From NCBI GenBank assembly GCA_024137785.1, contig JAHRHZ010000139.1:35659438-35723437 (forward strand): 64,000 nucleotides of DNA. Direction: 5' to 3'. Shown here piece after piece: positions 40,361-54,128 of this stretch. Every line of letters begins with the position of its first letter. Position 1 is the stretch's first letter. The position numbers and the translations under genes are program-made. Origin of the DNA: Ginglymostoma cirratum (Eukaryota). Below the pieces are notes generated by a model that was given only the letters and a program-made list of their open reading frames with translations, had not been told where the DNA came from and ran no database searches.

Positions 40361-42001
40361 TTGACATTTTAGCAGCATTTATTTATTGAACAATAAATAT
40401 AATTTTAGTTCCCTGTTAAAAAAAAACATGCTTACATTGCATTCAACAAAGTGTAGCTTTCTTCAAGGGTTTTTTCCTAACAACAAAATTAAATCAACAG
40501 CATAAATGATCAAGCTTACATTAAAATTAGTTTCATTGTACGGGATGACAATGAACAAGAGTAGGACGACCGACAGCATCTTCTGGATTTTGGTATTTAA
40601 CTCTGTTTGTACAGACACCAGCAGATGCCGTCATTTTTTGTGATAGAATGATGGTGAACCCTGACAGTTGTGCCATCATTACCACTAAAAATCCAGCTTT
40701 TAATATCCCCCTGAGGCAGTTTAAAGAAACCAGCTGATTGTATCTGAAAGTGTTAACCATGTTTTGGAGTTATACATTAAATTTCATACCTTAGCCTCCT
40801 GTTGTGAAATTATACTGGTGAGAACACCCGAGTTTCCATCTCCTAAAGTGAATAGATGAAGGTGGAGAGGATCTGAGAGAAAAAATGCATGATATATATT
40901 CTCAGGGGTCAAAAGTGAAAATCTATGCTCAATTCTTACAATTGTAAACAAAATCTCAACAGTAATTCTATTTACTTCTTATACAGATAGGTTGACCCAT
41001 TTCAGTACCAAGTTGCCTTTCTCCAGGAATTTCCATAAAGTTTGTTTTGTTGTCAACTGCTTTGTAATTTAAAAAGCACTTTGTCATCTTTGTACCTGAA
41101 AGAAAGCTGATTTGTATGTTCTCATTACAGAGCTAAATTCCCTCTAAATCTTTCAAATGATGCGTAACATCTCAACCACAGAACAGAGTATTTGTTTATC
41201 TTTATTGTGTCAGCAATTTAAAAAAGAAATCAGCAATATTGTTCAGATTATAGCATTAAAATGTTATCTCTCAGTGCAATGCAACTCGAGCCTCTCTACA
41301 AGTATTTTGCAAAAAAATAATGATCTGTTGCTCAATGAGACAGATAGCAAGATGTGAGATAGGTTCAATGAGGCTGACTCTTTCATCATTTACTTGGCTG
41401 AGCAAAGGAGAAGTTATAGAGCATTCTCTCAGGAGAGTTCAGCAATTCAGTTTTAAAATTGAAAGGAATTAAATGTGGCCTTTCTATCAAATAGTTGATA
41501 AATCCATTAACTTTCGCAGCCACCGCAAACCAAGCTAATGCTGTACCTGGGGAAAACATATGTGAACTTCCCACAAGTTCCATCAAAAGTCCCACTTCCA
41601 TCAAAAAGCAACACTAGCAGGCATCAGTGCAGTTGTTCTTTCTATCGCTTGAGTTTGGGGACAACAGAAGTACATAATTTCCAGGCACCAATTATCATCA
41701 TAGAATCATACGCCACATAATTTCAGGCTAATGTGCCATTTTCCAACTGTAAGCACCTCAGATCAGAACCAAACTTGAAGTTTTTTTTTACATTTTATTG
41801 TTTGACACAGCACCATATGGTGCAGATACTTACTGAGCTAAGCAAATGGGAAATTGATACAGGAATCAATAATTTTGAGACAGATTTGATTACCTTAATG
41901 TTTGCATTTATCTTAAAGAAGTTCACTCAACATCAAGCTTCAACTAAATTACCAAGCACAATAAGACTGGCTGCAATCATGGGATATTTGAATTTTTTTA
42001 A

Positions 42002-42305
42002 TAGAATCCCTACAGTGTAGAAAAAAGCCCTTCAGCCCAACAAGTCCACACCGACCCTCAGAGCATCCCACCCAGACCCTTCCCCTATAAGCCACTTAAT
42101 CTACACATCCCTGAACACTACGGACAATTTAGCATGGCCAATCCACCTAGACTGCACATCTTTGGACCATGGGCGGAAACCGGAGCACCCGGAGGAAACC
42201 CACGCAGACACGGGGAGAATGTGCAAACTCCACACAGACAGACGCCCGAGGGTGGAGTTGAACCCAGGTCCCTGGCGCCGTGAGGTAGCAGTGCTAACCA
42301 CTGAG
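42002..42305 (-). mobile_element. HE1/V-SINE-type SINE (well preserved)
   Basis: ggaaaccggagcacccggaggaaacccacgcagacacggggagaatgtgcaaactccacacagac...gaacccaggtccctggcgccgtgaggtagcagtgctaaccactg. Confidence 0.9.
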
Positions 42306-42329
42306 TATGGCAATAACATCAGAGTGTCA

Positions 42330-42720
42330 GAGGAATTAGCTGGGGGTGGGGGGGGTGCAGGTAGGAGGGACTGTGACAGAAATGGTGTATCTGCATTCAA
42401 AACAAGGAACAGGAATGCTCCTGGTAACTGTCAGCCTGCTAACTTAATGTTTGTTGTTGGAAAACTTCTACAGACCATAAATCACAGCAAAATTAATTGT
42501 CATCAAAGAATCAGGATCAGTGATTAATAGTTGCTAGACTTGTTTTAACAAATGTAATGTCTCGCTAACATAATTGAATTATTTTGGGAAGTAACAGTAA
42601 ATGGATGAGGGCAGCACAGTTAATGTTAAGTATATGGACTTTCAAAGAGTGTTGATTAAGTAACACATAGCAGAATGAAAATTAAAGGGGCAGTGGCAAT
42701 ATGGATAGAAAATTGGCAAA
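42330..42720 (+). mobile_element. Old CR1 RT fragment
   Basis: FKTRNRNAPGNCQPANLMFVVGKLL (decayed PGNYRPVSLTSVVGKLL) and a downstream YMDFQ motif. Confidence 0.6.
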
Positions 42721-43889
42721 GAGGCAAACATCTGAGACCGATTTTTGAAAATGTGAGTAGTTAAATCATTAATAGTCAGTTTTTGCTATAGATTAAGCTG
42801 ATAGGGTTGAAATTTCCTCATCGCTTTATTTAAGTATGCCTGAGGGGAAGAAAAACAACATGCACATGACAAGAGAAAAAGAGACAAAGACAGAGAAAGA
42901 AGAGAAGAAAAGAATATTTTATGGTTTGATCAGCCTGACCTGGGTGTGGAATCTATCCAACTGCTTCGCTCCATTTCTAACACTTGTAGGATGATGATGA
43001 GGTGCTTTGGTTACTAAGTGGAACATTCCGACTTCATTTTGTTCTAACAGCTTCTCAATAATGATAATGTACATCAATGAAGACTTAAGTTCCTTAAAGT
43101 AACAGGAATCTTTTGAAATCCAACCCATTTTTGGGTTCTATATTTACTACTGCAGAAGCAGTGTATGCCGGAAGATAAAAGTCCAGGGATCACTTATGTA
43201 CAAATTCAAGAAGAAATGTCACCACTCACCGGCCTCCACCTGAATGTCCCTGGCCTTCAGCAGCTGCCATCAAGATTGTTGTGGAATGCTGACGGAATTT
43301 TTACCCAATTGTCAGCAGCAGCACTTCGTAGCATCTATTAAGGGCTGGTAGACAGCTCAGTTTAGCACAGGACTCCTTCAACAAGTATTAGACCATGACT
43401 TAGCATATGCAAGAGGCCTAATTCCTTTGTCATATAATTTATAAATGTGTGTGGCACATTCAGTAATAAACTGAAAGCCTATGCAGATTAGATATAGGCC
43501 ATTCCACTGTAAAACTGATGGCATTACAATTGGTTTTCACCTGAGAAACAAGTGTGTTAGATACCAATTTCAGCACCTTCCATAGTGCAGAACTTCTATG
43601 AGGAAATCTGCAGATGTGTATTCAAATACAGACCCTTAATCCGAACATACATCATTCATTTTCTCTATTTGTCTGTTCCCATTTATGCCACTTCACATTG
43701 CGCATTTTCAACTAATTACAGACTGAACAAAATGATGCTATTTATTGGATAACGATTGCTGAGATGAATGTACAACCCAATTGCTGTGTTTAGTAACTGC
43801 AAATGGAACTAATTAACTTAAGGTGAATTTTAGTTTCAAGGTAAAATTTTGTATTTGGCTACATCTGAGCAGTTTACCTGCAAAGGATA

Positions 43890-46350
43890 ATACAAAGAAC
43901 AACAAATAAAGAACTAAAAATACAGAACAAAAGAACAAGGAATGCAGAACATAGGAACAGACCCTTCGGCCCACCAACTACGCCAACACATAATGACTTT
44001 CAAAACTAAAAACCGCATGCCTCTATGCAGTCCATATCCCTCTATTCCCTGCCTATTCATCTACCCATCAAAATGCCTCTTAAACATAGTTATTATATCC
44101 ATCTCCTCTGGCAGCACATTCCAAACACTTACCACTATGCATAAAAAACACTTGCCTCATACACCTCCCTTAAACTTACCTCCTTTTAATTCAAACCCTT
44201 AGCAATTGACATTTCTACACTGGGAAAAAGACTCTGACTATCCATTCTATTCATGCCTCTCCTAATTTTGAAAAATTATCAGGTTGCCCCTCATCCTCCA
44301 AGTGAAAACAAATCAAGTTCGTCCAATCCATCCTCATAGCTAACATCTTCCAAAACAGGCAACATCCAGGTGACCTGTTTCTGTACCCTTTCCAAAGTCT
44401 CCACATCTTTCTGGTAGTGTGGCAACCAGAACTGTGTATAATATTCCAAACATGGCCGAACTAAAGTTCTATACAGCTGCTACATGACTTTCCAATTTTT
44501 ATACTCTGTGCCCTGACTGATGAAGGCAAGCATGCTACATATCTTCTTGACCACCTTATCTACTTGTGGTGCTACTTTCAGGGAGCTGTGGACCTGTGCA
44601 CCTAGACCCTTCTGTATGTTGATGTTACTAAGGGTTCTGCTATTTACTGTATATTTCCAAAATGCATCACCTCACATTAGTCTGGATTAAACTCCACCTG
44701 TCGTTTATCCGCTGAAGTCTCTAGTTTATCTGCATTCCGCTGTATCCTTTGGTAATCCTCCTCACTATCAGTAGCTCTCCCAATTTTCTTATCATCTGCA
44801 ATCTCACTAAGCAGGCCAACTATATTCTTCTCCAAATCATTTACATCTATTACAAACAGCAACGGTCCCAGCACTGATCCTTGTGGAACATCACTGGTCA
44901 CAGATCTCCAGTCTGAAAAACACCTTTCAACCTCTTCACTCTGCCTTCTATGACTATGCCAGTTCTGTGACCATCTTACCAATTTACTGTGGATCCCATG
45001 ACTTTACCTTTTGTATCAATCAGTCAAAGGCCTTGCTATAGTCCATATGGACTGAAGAGGATACAGAGATTTTGTACAAGGTCCCAATAATTTCTTCACC
45101 CACCTCCCTCAGTATTCTACGATGGATCCCATCAGGACCTAGGGATTGTCTACCTTAAAGCTATTTAAAACATGCTTCCTCCCTTCTTAAATATACATGC
45201 TCAGAATATCAACATAGCCCTCCTGAGTCTCACCATCAACCATGACTTTCTCCTTTGTGAATATTGTTGCAAGGTATTCTTTAAGGGCCTCACCCACTTC
45301 CTGCAGCTCCACACATAAATTCCATCCTTTGTCCCTGAGTGGACGTACTCATTCCCTAGCCACTCTCTTACTTCTTATGTATGGTTAAAATGTCTTTGGA
45401 TTTTCCTTAATCCGGTTTGCCAAAGACATTTCACGCCCCTTTTAGCCTACCTAATTGCTTGCTTGAGTTCTTAGATGCTTCTTTGTATTCTTCAAGGGCT
45501 CTGTCTGTCTTCAGTTTCCTAAAACTTATGTATGTCTCCTTTTTCTTTATGACTAAGCTGTCAATTTCTCTTTCAGTTTCCGAATCATACCATCCTTATC
45601 TTTCATTTTCACAGGAACATGCTGGTCCTAAAGTCTAGTCAACTGGCCTTTAAAAGATTCCCACATATCAGATGTGGATTTACCCTCAAACAGCCACCTC
45701 CGATCTACATTCCCAGTTCCTGCCTAATATTGTGGTAGTTAGCCTTCCCCCAATTTAGTTCTTTCACTACTCTTACCCTTATCTATAACTAATTTAAAAT
45801 TTACAGAATCACGGTCACTGTTCCTGAAATGCTCCCTCACTGAAACTTTGACCACTTTGCCAGGCTCATTCCCCAATACCAGGTCTAGTATGGCCCCTTC
45901 CCTAGTTGGATTTTTTATTGTTTCAAAAAAAACCATCCTGGACACACTTAATAGATTCTGCCCCATCCAAGCCCCTGGCACTCAGTGAGTCCCAGTCAAT
46001 ATAGGGGAAGTTAAAAACTACCCATCTCAACAACCCTCTTGTTTTCACATTTTTTCCATAATCTGTCCACATATCTATTGTTCTATCACCTGCTACGTAC
46101 TGGGAGGCCTGTAGAACAATCTCATCAAAGTGATTGTACCCTTCCTATTCCTGAACTGCACCCATATGGCCTTGCTGGATGAGCCCTCCAAGGGGTCCTC
46201 CCTCAATACTGCTATGATATCCTCCCTAAACAATAATGCAACTCCCCCAAACTCTTTTACATCCCTCTCTATCATGCCTGAAACATCTAAATCCCAGAAC
46301 ATAAAGCTGCCAATTTTGTCCCCCTCTCAGCTGTAATATCTACAACATCA
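43890..46350 (-). mobile_element. CR1-type LINE (APE + RT, internally deleted, decayed)
   Basis: Minus ORFs GGVALLFREDI..RLFYRPPST, PTREGAILDLVLGNEPG, SDVPQGSVLGPLLFVIDVNDL..IADDKKIG; degenerate ttcttt-rich 3' tail at ~43890-43950. Confidence 0.9.
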
Positions 46351-46539
46351 TTGTTATATGACAATGCGGTGTAAAAATCCTGTTATACATTCAATCTATG
46401 AGATGAAGGATTTTTACTAAATGCAAATTAATAGATCAATGTAGAAGATCATGGAAAGTTCACGTGATAACATAAAAAGTACTGAAATGGTTTCTTTGGG
46501 CTCAATCTTACATAGATTGGCAGTGTGTTATTTTTGTTG

Positions 46540-47420
46540 GGTTTCATGGATGGTTTTACTCTGCGAGTTCTAATGAGTTTTCTCACACGATTGTCCCACA
46601 CACGCCTCATTAATGACTTTCCCCAATGCTATAGTACTCCACTTGTCCAATGCTACCTGGATTTTACCACTCATCATAGCCAGAAGAAATCATCACTGTC
46701 AAGATATCCTGGGATAGACATTATCCCTGGCATTAGTACTATAGTTGAAAGATTATTGTGCACCCAAGCGAATGCTGGCAGTCCAGAGCTGCACTCTGAC
46801 CTCAAATCTAGCAGAGAGTGGATGTTGGCACTCACTTCCCACAGCGGGAGCCTGGGCGTCTTCGTGGATGGGGCAGTGCGGAGCAAGAATGTCCTCTTCT
46901 CCCAGGACTGACAATGGACACTGGCCTATTCAAGGTAACCACCTGGATTAGTGTGGTCTCAGCTGACTGGAGCAATAAATGGCAGTGTAAAAAGAAAGGT
47001 CACTGACCTCCTCTGTCTACCAGGGGAAGTTCCACCATCTTCTCTCTGCTATCTTACATTCGCTCTATCTCTGCTACTGCACCCATTGCCCAACAAGCTT
47101 CATGCTCTGCCACTTTCCCTATTGTGTGCAACATCTTCTCTCAGTCACTATCATCCACTCAGCCACCTCCATACCATTAATTCTGCATGGGGTCTGCAAC
47201 TCCTACTCACTCACCAGGGTACCTCACTAATTTTCCCCCACCTGCACCTGAGCCACCCTCTTATATCTCATTCAATCACTTCCTTTCTCTCATTCCAGTA
47301 GAAAACAGCTTAATGGAGGGTAGAATGAGCCAAAATGGGTGGTGTGGTGCTCAACATAGCACCTCACCAACTATGTGGAGGAGATCCCGATTGTCCCAAG
47401 TGTGCCCAAGCCCCTGCCTT
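46540..47420 (+). mobile_element. Harbinger-type remnant with decayed Myb/SANT-like exon, intron and second exon
   Basis: SLGVFVDGAVRSKNVLFSQD...WQCKK..VTDLL, then a C/T-rich intron and acceptor ctctcattccag|*KTA..E.AKMGG at ~47298; same layout as 21500-22030. Confidence 0.55.
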
Positions 47421-48065
47421 TGACTTACTGCACTTGAATATTCCTGTCTGACCTAGAGACAATGCCATTTGGTAGATCCACATCCAGTGTGTCAGCTGCT
47501 AGTACATGGTGTAGCTGTGATACTGATGTAGCATGGTCATCCCTTTGACCGATAACTGCTAACGACCATGACACGCTGCCCGTCCTTGTGTCAGCACTGA
47601 AATGAAACTCATGGAGAGGTAAGGCAGAGCAGGGCAGTGCTGCTATAGGCATAAGGTGAATGACCGCTAAGAAAACCTGCAACAGGATTAGGATGAGCAA
47701 CTCTGAGCTGTAGTGTGATCCGATCCATGATCTGGCTCCCTGTCCAAGCATAGCACACTTGCAGCATTCTTCCAAGGAAAGGGGCTTGTGCGCTTCAAAG
47801 TGCAGCATTGAAGAGCAGAATAATAGTTTAAGTGGATCAGAGATGTGCCATGAGGGTGCAAACAGGCTGGTGTATATTGGATGTTAAGGTCTATGGGCAT
47901 GGTGTGTATGCAGCACAGGCAGTGGAGTGTGCCCTGAGAAAAATGGATGCTGGGTGTCCAATAAGGCAGTCCAGTGGAGCATGCAGTGTGTTGGAATCAC
48001 CAAAACATATGCTGCAACTTTCATCTCAGGAATCCTTCTTGTATAACTTCTATCTGGCAATGTGG

Positions 48066-48355
48066 TAGAATTACAGAATCACTACAGTGCAGGTAGAGGA
48101 CATTTGGCCCACTGGGTCTGCAACAGCTCTCCAAAAAGCCTTTCAACCCACTTCATCCCAGTAACCCCACATTTCCTATGGCTAACCCACCTGGCCTGTA
48201 CATCCCTGAACACTACGGGCGATTTAGTCTAGCCAATCCACGTAACCTGCACATCTTTGGACTGTGGGAGGAGCCGGAGCAACCGGCGGAAACCCACGCA
48301 GTCACAGCGAGAACATGCAAACTCGATACAGACAATCATCCAAGGTAGAATGGGA
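48066..48355 (-). mobile_element. HE1/V-SINE-type SINE
   Basis: ccaatccacgtaacctgcacatctttggactgtgggaggagccggagcaaccggcggaaacccacgca. Confidence 0.85.
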
Positions 48356-49074
48356 ACCTGCACGTTAATGGGTGAGATTTGGTATTAATGAGGGTGAGAA
48401 CAAGTGATCATCCACCTTAATAGGCACCTCTCCACTCCCTTCTGAAAATCTTACCTTGATGCTCAGAATGCTGTTAGAAAGTGAAACTTATTGATCCCAC
48501 CATTGGGAATGGCCTTGCTGTACTTCTCGTGCAATTCTTCCAAATTTCATACCATCACCAATGTCATTCAGGACCTTTTAAGGTTCCGTGCTTTGTGTCA
48601 GTCTTATAGTTTTTCCACCATAAAGTCACGCGTTTTTAACTATTTGAAAAGTTATACATGCCTGATTTATTTAGATTGTTATTTCAGTTTCCATATTTGA
48701 GCAGAAATACAATGTCTCCATCTAGAGCTGGCCAATATACAAAAGTTGTAGCCACATATTCAAAAATAGTGGTACTTTTAAAGTGTAAATTTTGGCCTAC
48801 ACCATTTCTTTCATGAAATACCATACCATAAGTCAAAGGCTTAAAAAAATTCACAACAACATGTGGAACATTCAGAATTGATCTGCAGTCACCTGTAAAA
48901 GTGCACTTTGTGTAAATTCCATCACATTTACAACATTTGGCACGTAACAATGGGGAGAAAAAAATAAACATTTTGTATTTTAGCTATCAATTTTAGAAGA
49001 ACTGGTTATAACAGGCGGCAACAATAAGTTATTATTTAATTTGCAATTTGAGGCTTTCCAAAAGGCCCACTAAA

Positions 49075-49288
49075 AAGATATGTGGAACCTGCTCCCCAAA
49101 GAACTTTGGAAATTGGGTTAACTGAAACCTTCAAGCCTGAGATCAATAGTTTATTATTAGGCAAGCACAAGATGGGAAATGAATCACAGATAGATAAATC
49201 GTGTAGAGATCAGTCATGATCCAAATGACTGATAGAATAAACTGGATGGACTAATTGATCAACGTCTGTTCAAATGTTCCTAAGTCTT
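49075..49288 (+). mobile_element. Old CR1 3' end just downstream of the DNTT poly(A) signals
   Basis: tgtggaacctgctcccc..ttcaagcctgagatcaatagttt..gatcagtcatgatc..ctgttcaaatgttcct resembles CR1 3' ends. Confidence 0.5.
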
Positions 49289-49349
49289 AATCAGCTTCAC
49301 AATACAATACTGTAGAACTAATTAAATTGAAATCCCTTTCCCAAAATAG

Positions 49350-49381
49350 TTTATTTGCCGCTTATATATTGTTATTTTATT
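49350..49381 (-). promoter_or_regulatory. Candidate DNTT polyadenylation signals (two AATAAA)
   Basis: tttatt on the + strand at 49350-49355 and 49376-49381, about 165-195 nt downstream of the DNTT stop codon. Confidence 0.5.
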
Positions 49382-49544
49382 ACTGGTGGATATCTATATT
49401 GTACTTCCCAACCTAATTGAAGAAAACTAATGTTGCATTACTACATAAGTGTGCTTTTAAACAAAAGTAAAATTTTACATGAACACTCCCTTTTCCTCTG
49501 CCAAGACACTTAGTGCATGAGGATACAATTTATACTTCTGCAGC

Positions 49545-49742
<198 letters not shown>

Positions 49743-50199
49743 CTAATATATAATTCATGATATAATGATGCTTACCTTCTGTTTAATATTGGCTTTAATA
49801 AGACAAAGGAACAATCGTGTAGTTTTGATAGAAATACCCATGTGACTGGATAGAATAGTGGCAATCTTCCAGCAGCAGGCAAACATAAATCCTGCAAAGC
49901 AGCCCAATATATACCCACTGGGCTAGGAGGATTAAAGGCTTGGCAGTTTCATGTTACAATACTGAATACATTCAATGAGGCAATCTCCATTGTTTTCTAA
50001 GGAAGAGAACTCTGGAGCAACATGCTCTCTAAGCCACATGGCAACTGCGAGAGTCCGCGGATTGTAATTGTCGTGTCAATGTCACCCCCAGGATTGAATT
50101 CCAGTTTTAGATGTCGCTGCTACACATGGTCCTCAGAGGTCTATGCAGAGAAAAGCATGGGAAGCAGAAATGCTGCTCTGGAAACTAATGATACTCATA

Positions 50200-50403
50200 G
50201 AAAAAGTCTCCTTGCATCTACATGGCCCATCCACCTAATCTGCAAAAGTTTGAACTGTGGGAGTAAACTGGAGCACCCAGAAGAAACTCACACAGATACA
50301 AGGAGAAGGTGCAAACTCCACACAGAGAGTCACCTAAGGGTGGAATTGAACTGGGTTCCTGGTGCTTTGAGGCAGCAGTGCTAACCACTCAGCCACTGTG
50401 CTG
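50200..50403 (-). mobile_element. HE1/V-SINE-type SINE (partial)
   Basis: aaactggagcacccagaagaaactcacacagatacaaggagaaggtgcaaactccacacag...gaggcagcagtgctaaccactcagccactg. Confidence 0.8.
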
Positions 50404-50407
50404 CTCT

Positions 50408-51065
50408 TAATATTTCAATAAGATCACATGTCTTTCCTTTAACCTCCAACCAGTATGACCCAAGCTGCACAACCTTTCCTTGTAAGGCAACCCCTTCATC
50501 TCACAAATCAGCCTACAGGACTTTCTTGGAACCATTTGCAATGCAAGTAAAACCTTCCTTAAGGAAGGCGACCAAAACTTTGCGCAATATTCTTAGTGTG
50601 GTCTCATAAATGCTCTAAACAGTTTCAGCAAGACTCACCTATTTCTACAATCCATTGCCCTTGCAATGACGGGCAACATTACCTAGCCTACTATTTGCTG
50701 TACTAGTTGCTTACATTTTGTGATTCATTTTCAAGGATACCAAAACCCCTCTGTTGCCCAGATTTCTACCATCTTTCCCTATTTAAATAATATCCTGCTT
50801 TTGTACTCTTCCTGCTAAAGCAGCCAACTCTCATTTTCCTACATTGCCAATTTTTTCCCCTACTCTTGACCAACTGAACTTCCAGAGTTGGGTGCAGGTA
50901 CAGTTACAATGTTTAAAAAACATTTGGATAAGTTCATGATTAAGAAATTTTTGGAGGGATATGGGCCAGGAGAAGGCAAGTGGGACTATTTTAGTTTGGA
51001 ATTATGGTTGGCACGGACTGGTTGGACTGAAGGGTCTGTTTCTGTGCTGTATGATTCTATGACAA
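50408..51065. mobile_element. Two CR1 fragments: antisense RT C-terminal piece (~50408-50860) and sense 3' end (~50885-51065)
   Basis: aaggcgaccaaaactttgcgcaatattcttagtgtggtct (antisense CR1 RPHLxYCxxFWSP-like); sense aaacatttggataagt..ggactgaagggtctgtttctgtgctgtatgattctatgac. Confidence 0.7.
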
Positions 51066-54028
51066 TGACTAGAGTCAAGGATGACACATTCTCTAAAACG
51101 GGAGATAAGTTCTTTGATGATGAATTCGCAAAACCACTACCACCAGCAGATTCTGAGGTTTTTCAATAACAGGATATACATTGTGGTCCTTAAGATTAAA
51201 TTTGATACCTTTATATTAAAATTACTCATGTAGTCTTTAGAGGTTGTTATTGGTATCCTAACAGTTATCAGGCCATTCCAGTACATTTCAGCTGACTAAA
51301 TGACAACTGACCAAAGCTGCAGGACTGGCAGCATTACACTAGAACAGTTACTGTAAAGATCACAGCAAAATCCTTTCTTGAGTCTCAGAATAGCACCTGG
51401 ACATTATATCATTATCCAGCCACATTGGAACTTCCTTGCTAAGCAGGTATTGAGCAACATGTAGAGAGATTAGGTGTCCCATTTCAGAACTACCTCTAGC
51501 CTTCTATCTGGCTTTCTACCTTCTACCCTCTCTCTGGTCACCTTCCTATCCTCCCTCCTAGCAGGAAACAGTCATATCTTCCACCGAACTCATTATTAAA
51601 GGTTAGCAATAGTATCATGATTTGTTTTTGTTTTAAATTTCTCCTTTAATGGAGCGTAAGAGGGGATATAAAACTGAAATTTGTGTAGATACATTTTAAT
51701 TCCGTTCCCAGTGCTCTGTCAGTTTTAATGCCCATCCCTGCTCTTCCAGCTATAAAATGAAGATCAACAGACATCCTTGGTTCTGAAGACAGAACCTTTT
51801 TGCTTTTCATACAGCAGACACTACTCTGTGGCCAAGGACAGATGGGCAGTTTGCCAGACCTTTACTAATTAAAGAGGTGCAAGGTGATTCACCTTCTAAT
51901 TTTTGTCTCTTCCTGGTGGAAGACTTTTGCCTTGGCTTGACATATCCCAGATGGCATAGCTAGCACTCAGAATTTACCTCCTGATGAATTGCAGAACAAA
52001 AATGCTTTTCAGAATTACGTGACACAGCACACTAATAAGCTAACGCACTTTGCTACCTCTTCCCAAAATGTTTTGCACATAAATAGAACACTACATGGTA
52101 AATGGACAATGCAGACCTCTCCCAAAAGTCAAGAGAATCTTAATGACTCATACAATTGATGAGGTCCTACTTATCATGAAATAGTCTTCCCAGCACCACC
52201 CTTTAGCCTTCAAATTTGTGAAAATGTCGAACCCCAGAATTCATTGTACTGACAGTAATATCAAAAACAACGTACTCGGTATATTATCAAGATGTAAAAT
52301 ATGCCGTGAAAGCTTGCTTGTAGCTCGGGTTCAGCTTACTGTGTTTTTTTTTTACTTCTAGACTGACGTAAATCAAAATTCATTAAGATGCCACTTTGTC
52401 AGAAAACACTAATGGGATGACACAGGTTTAATGATGGAAGTCCACAGGAAAATTTATTTCATGCTTAATGGAGGAATAGATAATGAGCAACCTGCCTCCT
52501 TTCTCACCTTGGTAGTCTATTTATTCTAGGCTGGAACAAAAAGGATGGAAACACATTATCTGCCGATCAATTTTAATAAATACAGAATGGTCTTGCTTCT
52601 TGTCATTGCAATCCTGCAGTTATGTCACACCCCTGCTCAAAATCATAATTTTTTTTTGTTTTTCAGGCCTCAAAATAATTACATTTCTGGCTTGTAACAT
52701 TATCGTTATCTTTGCTTAGCTAAAAAGCAGCTGCAAAATATGATCCATGACTTTTTGTGTGCCTCCTGTTTGTCAATTGCCATTCATCATCAATAACTAT
52801 AATAAGAGTGAAAAGTGCTAGTTGATGTTTTGCCAGTAAATGCATTAGCAATTTTTCTACCCTTTGCATTGTGGTAAATGAATCTCTTATCAATGTCACC
52901 AATCTGCTCAATTATAACCTGCTGCATTCCCTAAGAAATGGCACTTTCAGCTCACATTTTATTGTAAACTTGCTGTAATGAGTTCCATACAGTAAACTTT
53001 GTGCATAACTATTTGCACATCACTAGGTTTTTCTAAAAAGCATAATATCAATCACCTGCAATTCCTGATTCAATATAATTTCCTTCCTGAATCTAAATCC
53101 AAAAAATTGGGATAACAAGCATGGGGCTGGATGAACACAGCAGGTCAAGCAGCATCATAGGAGCAGGAAAACTTGACGTTTCGGGCCTAAACCCTTCATC
53201 AGAAATGGGGGAGGGGACGAGGGTTCTGAAATAAATAGGGAGAGAGGGGGAGGCGGATAGAGGATGGATAGAGGAGAGGATAGGTGGAGAGGAGGCAGAC
53301 AAGTCGAAGAGGCGGGGATGGAGCCAGTAAAGGTGAGTGTAGGTAGGGGGGTGGGGAGGAGATAGGTCAGTCCAGGGAGGACGGCCAGGTCAAGGGGTTT
53401 CACCAACACCTTCCACCCCAAACTGAAGTTCACCTGGACCATCTCCAATACTTCTCTCTCCTTCCTGGACCTCTCTGTCTCCATCTCGGGCAACCACCTA
53501 GAAACAGATGTCCATTTCAAGCCCACTGACTCCCACAGCTACCTGGAATACACCTCCTCCCACCCACCCTCCTGCAAAAATGCCATCCCCTATTCCCAAT
53601 TCCTTCGCCTCTGCCGCATCTGCTCCCAGGATGAGACATTCCACTCCCGTACATCTCAAATGTCCTCATTCTTCAAGGACCGCAACTTCCCCCCCACAGA
53701 GGTCGAGAACGCCCTCGACCGTGTCTCCCGCATTTCCCGGAACACATCCCTCACGCCCCGTCCCCGCAATAATAACCAAAAAAGAATCCCCCTCGTCCTC
53801 ACATACCACCCCACCAACCTTCGGATCCAACGCATCATCCTCCGACACTTCTGCCATCTGCAATCAGACCCCACCACCAAAGACAGTTTTCCCTCCCCAC
53901 CCTTATCTGCCTTCCGGAGGGACCACTCCCTCCGCGACTCCCTTGTCCGCTCCACACTCCCCTCCAGCCCCACCACACCGGCACTTTTCCTTGTAACCGC
54001 AGGAAGTGCTACACCTGCCCCCACACCA

Positions 54029-54128
54029 NNNNNNNNNNNNNNNNNNNNNNNNNNNNNNNNNNNNNNNNNNNNNNNNNNNNNNNNNNNNNNNNNNNNNNNN
54101 NNNNNNNNNNNNNNNNNNNNNNNNNNNN
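54029..54128. other. Assembly gap (100 N) with duplicated flanks
   Basis: N run; 53839-54027 is repeated at 54129-54317. Confidence 0.95.

Noticed and set aside
1-49000. Expected neighbouring genes from tetrapod synteny (TLL2, OPALIN)
   Set aside because: No CUB/EGF-like or other recognisable exons found by eye.
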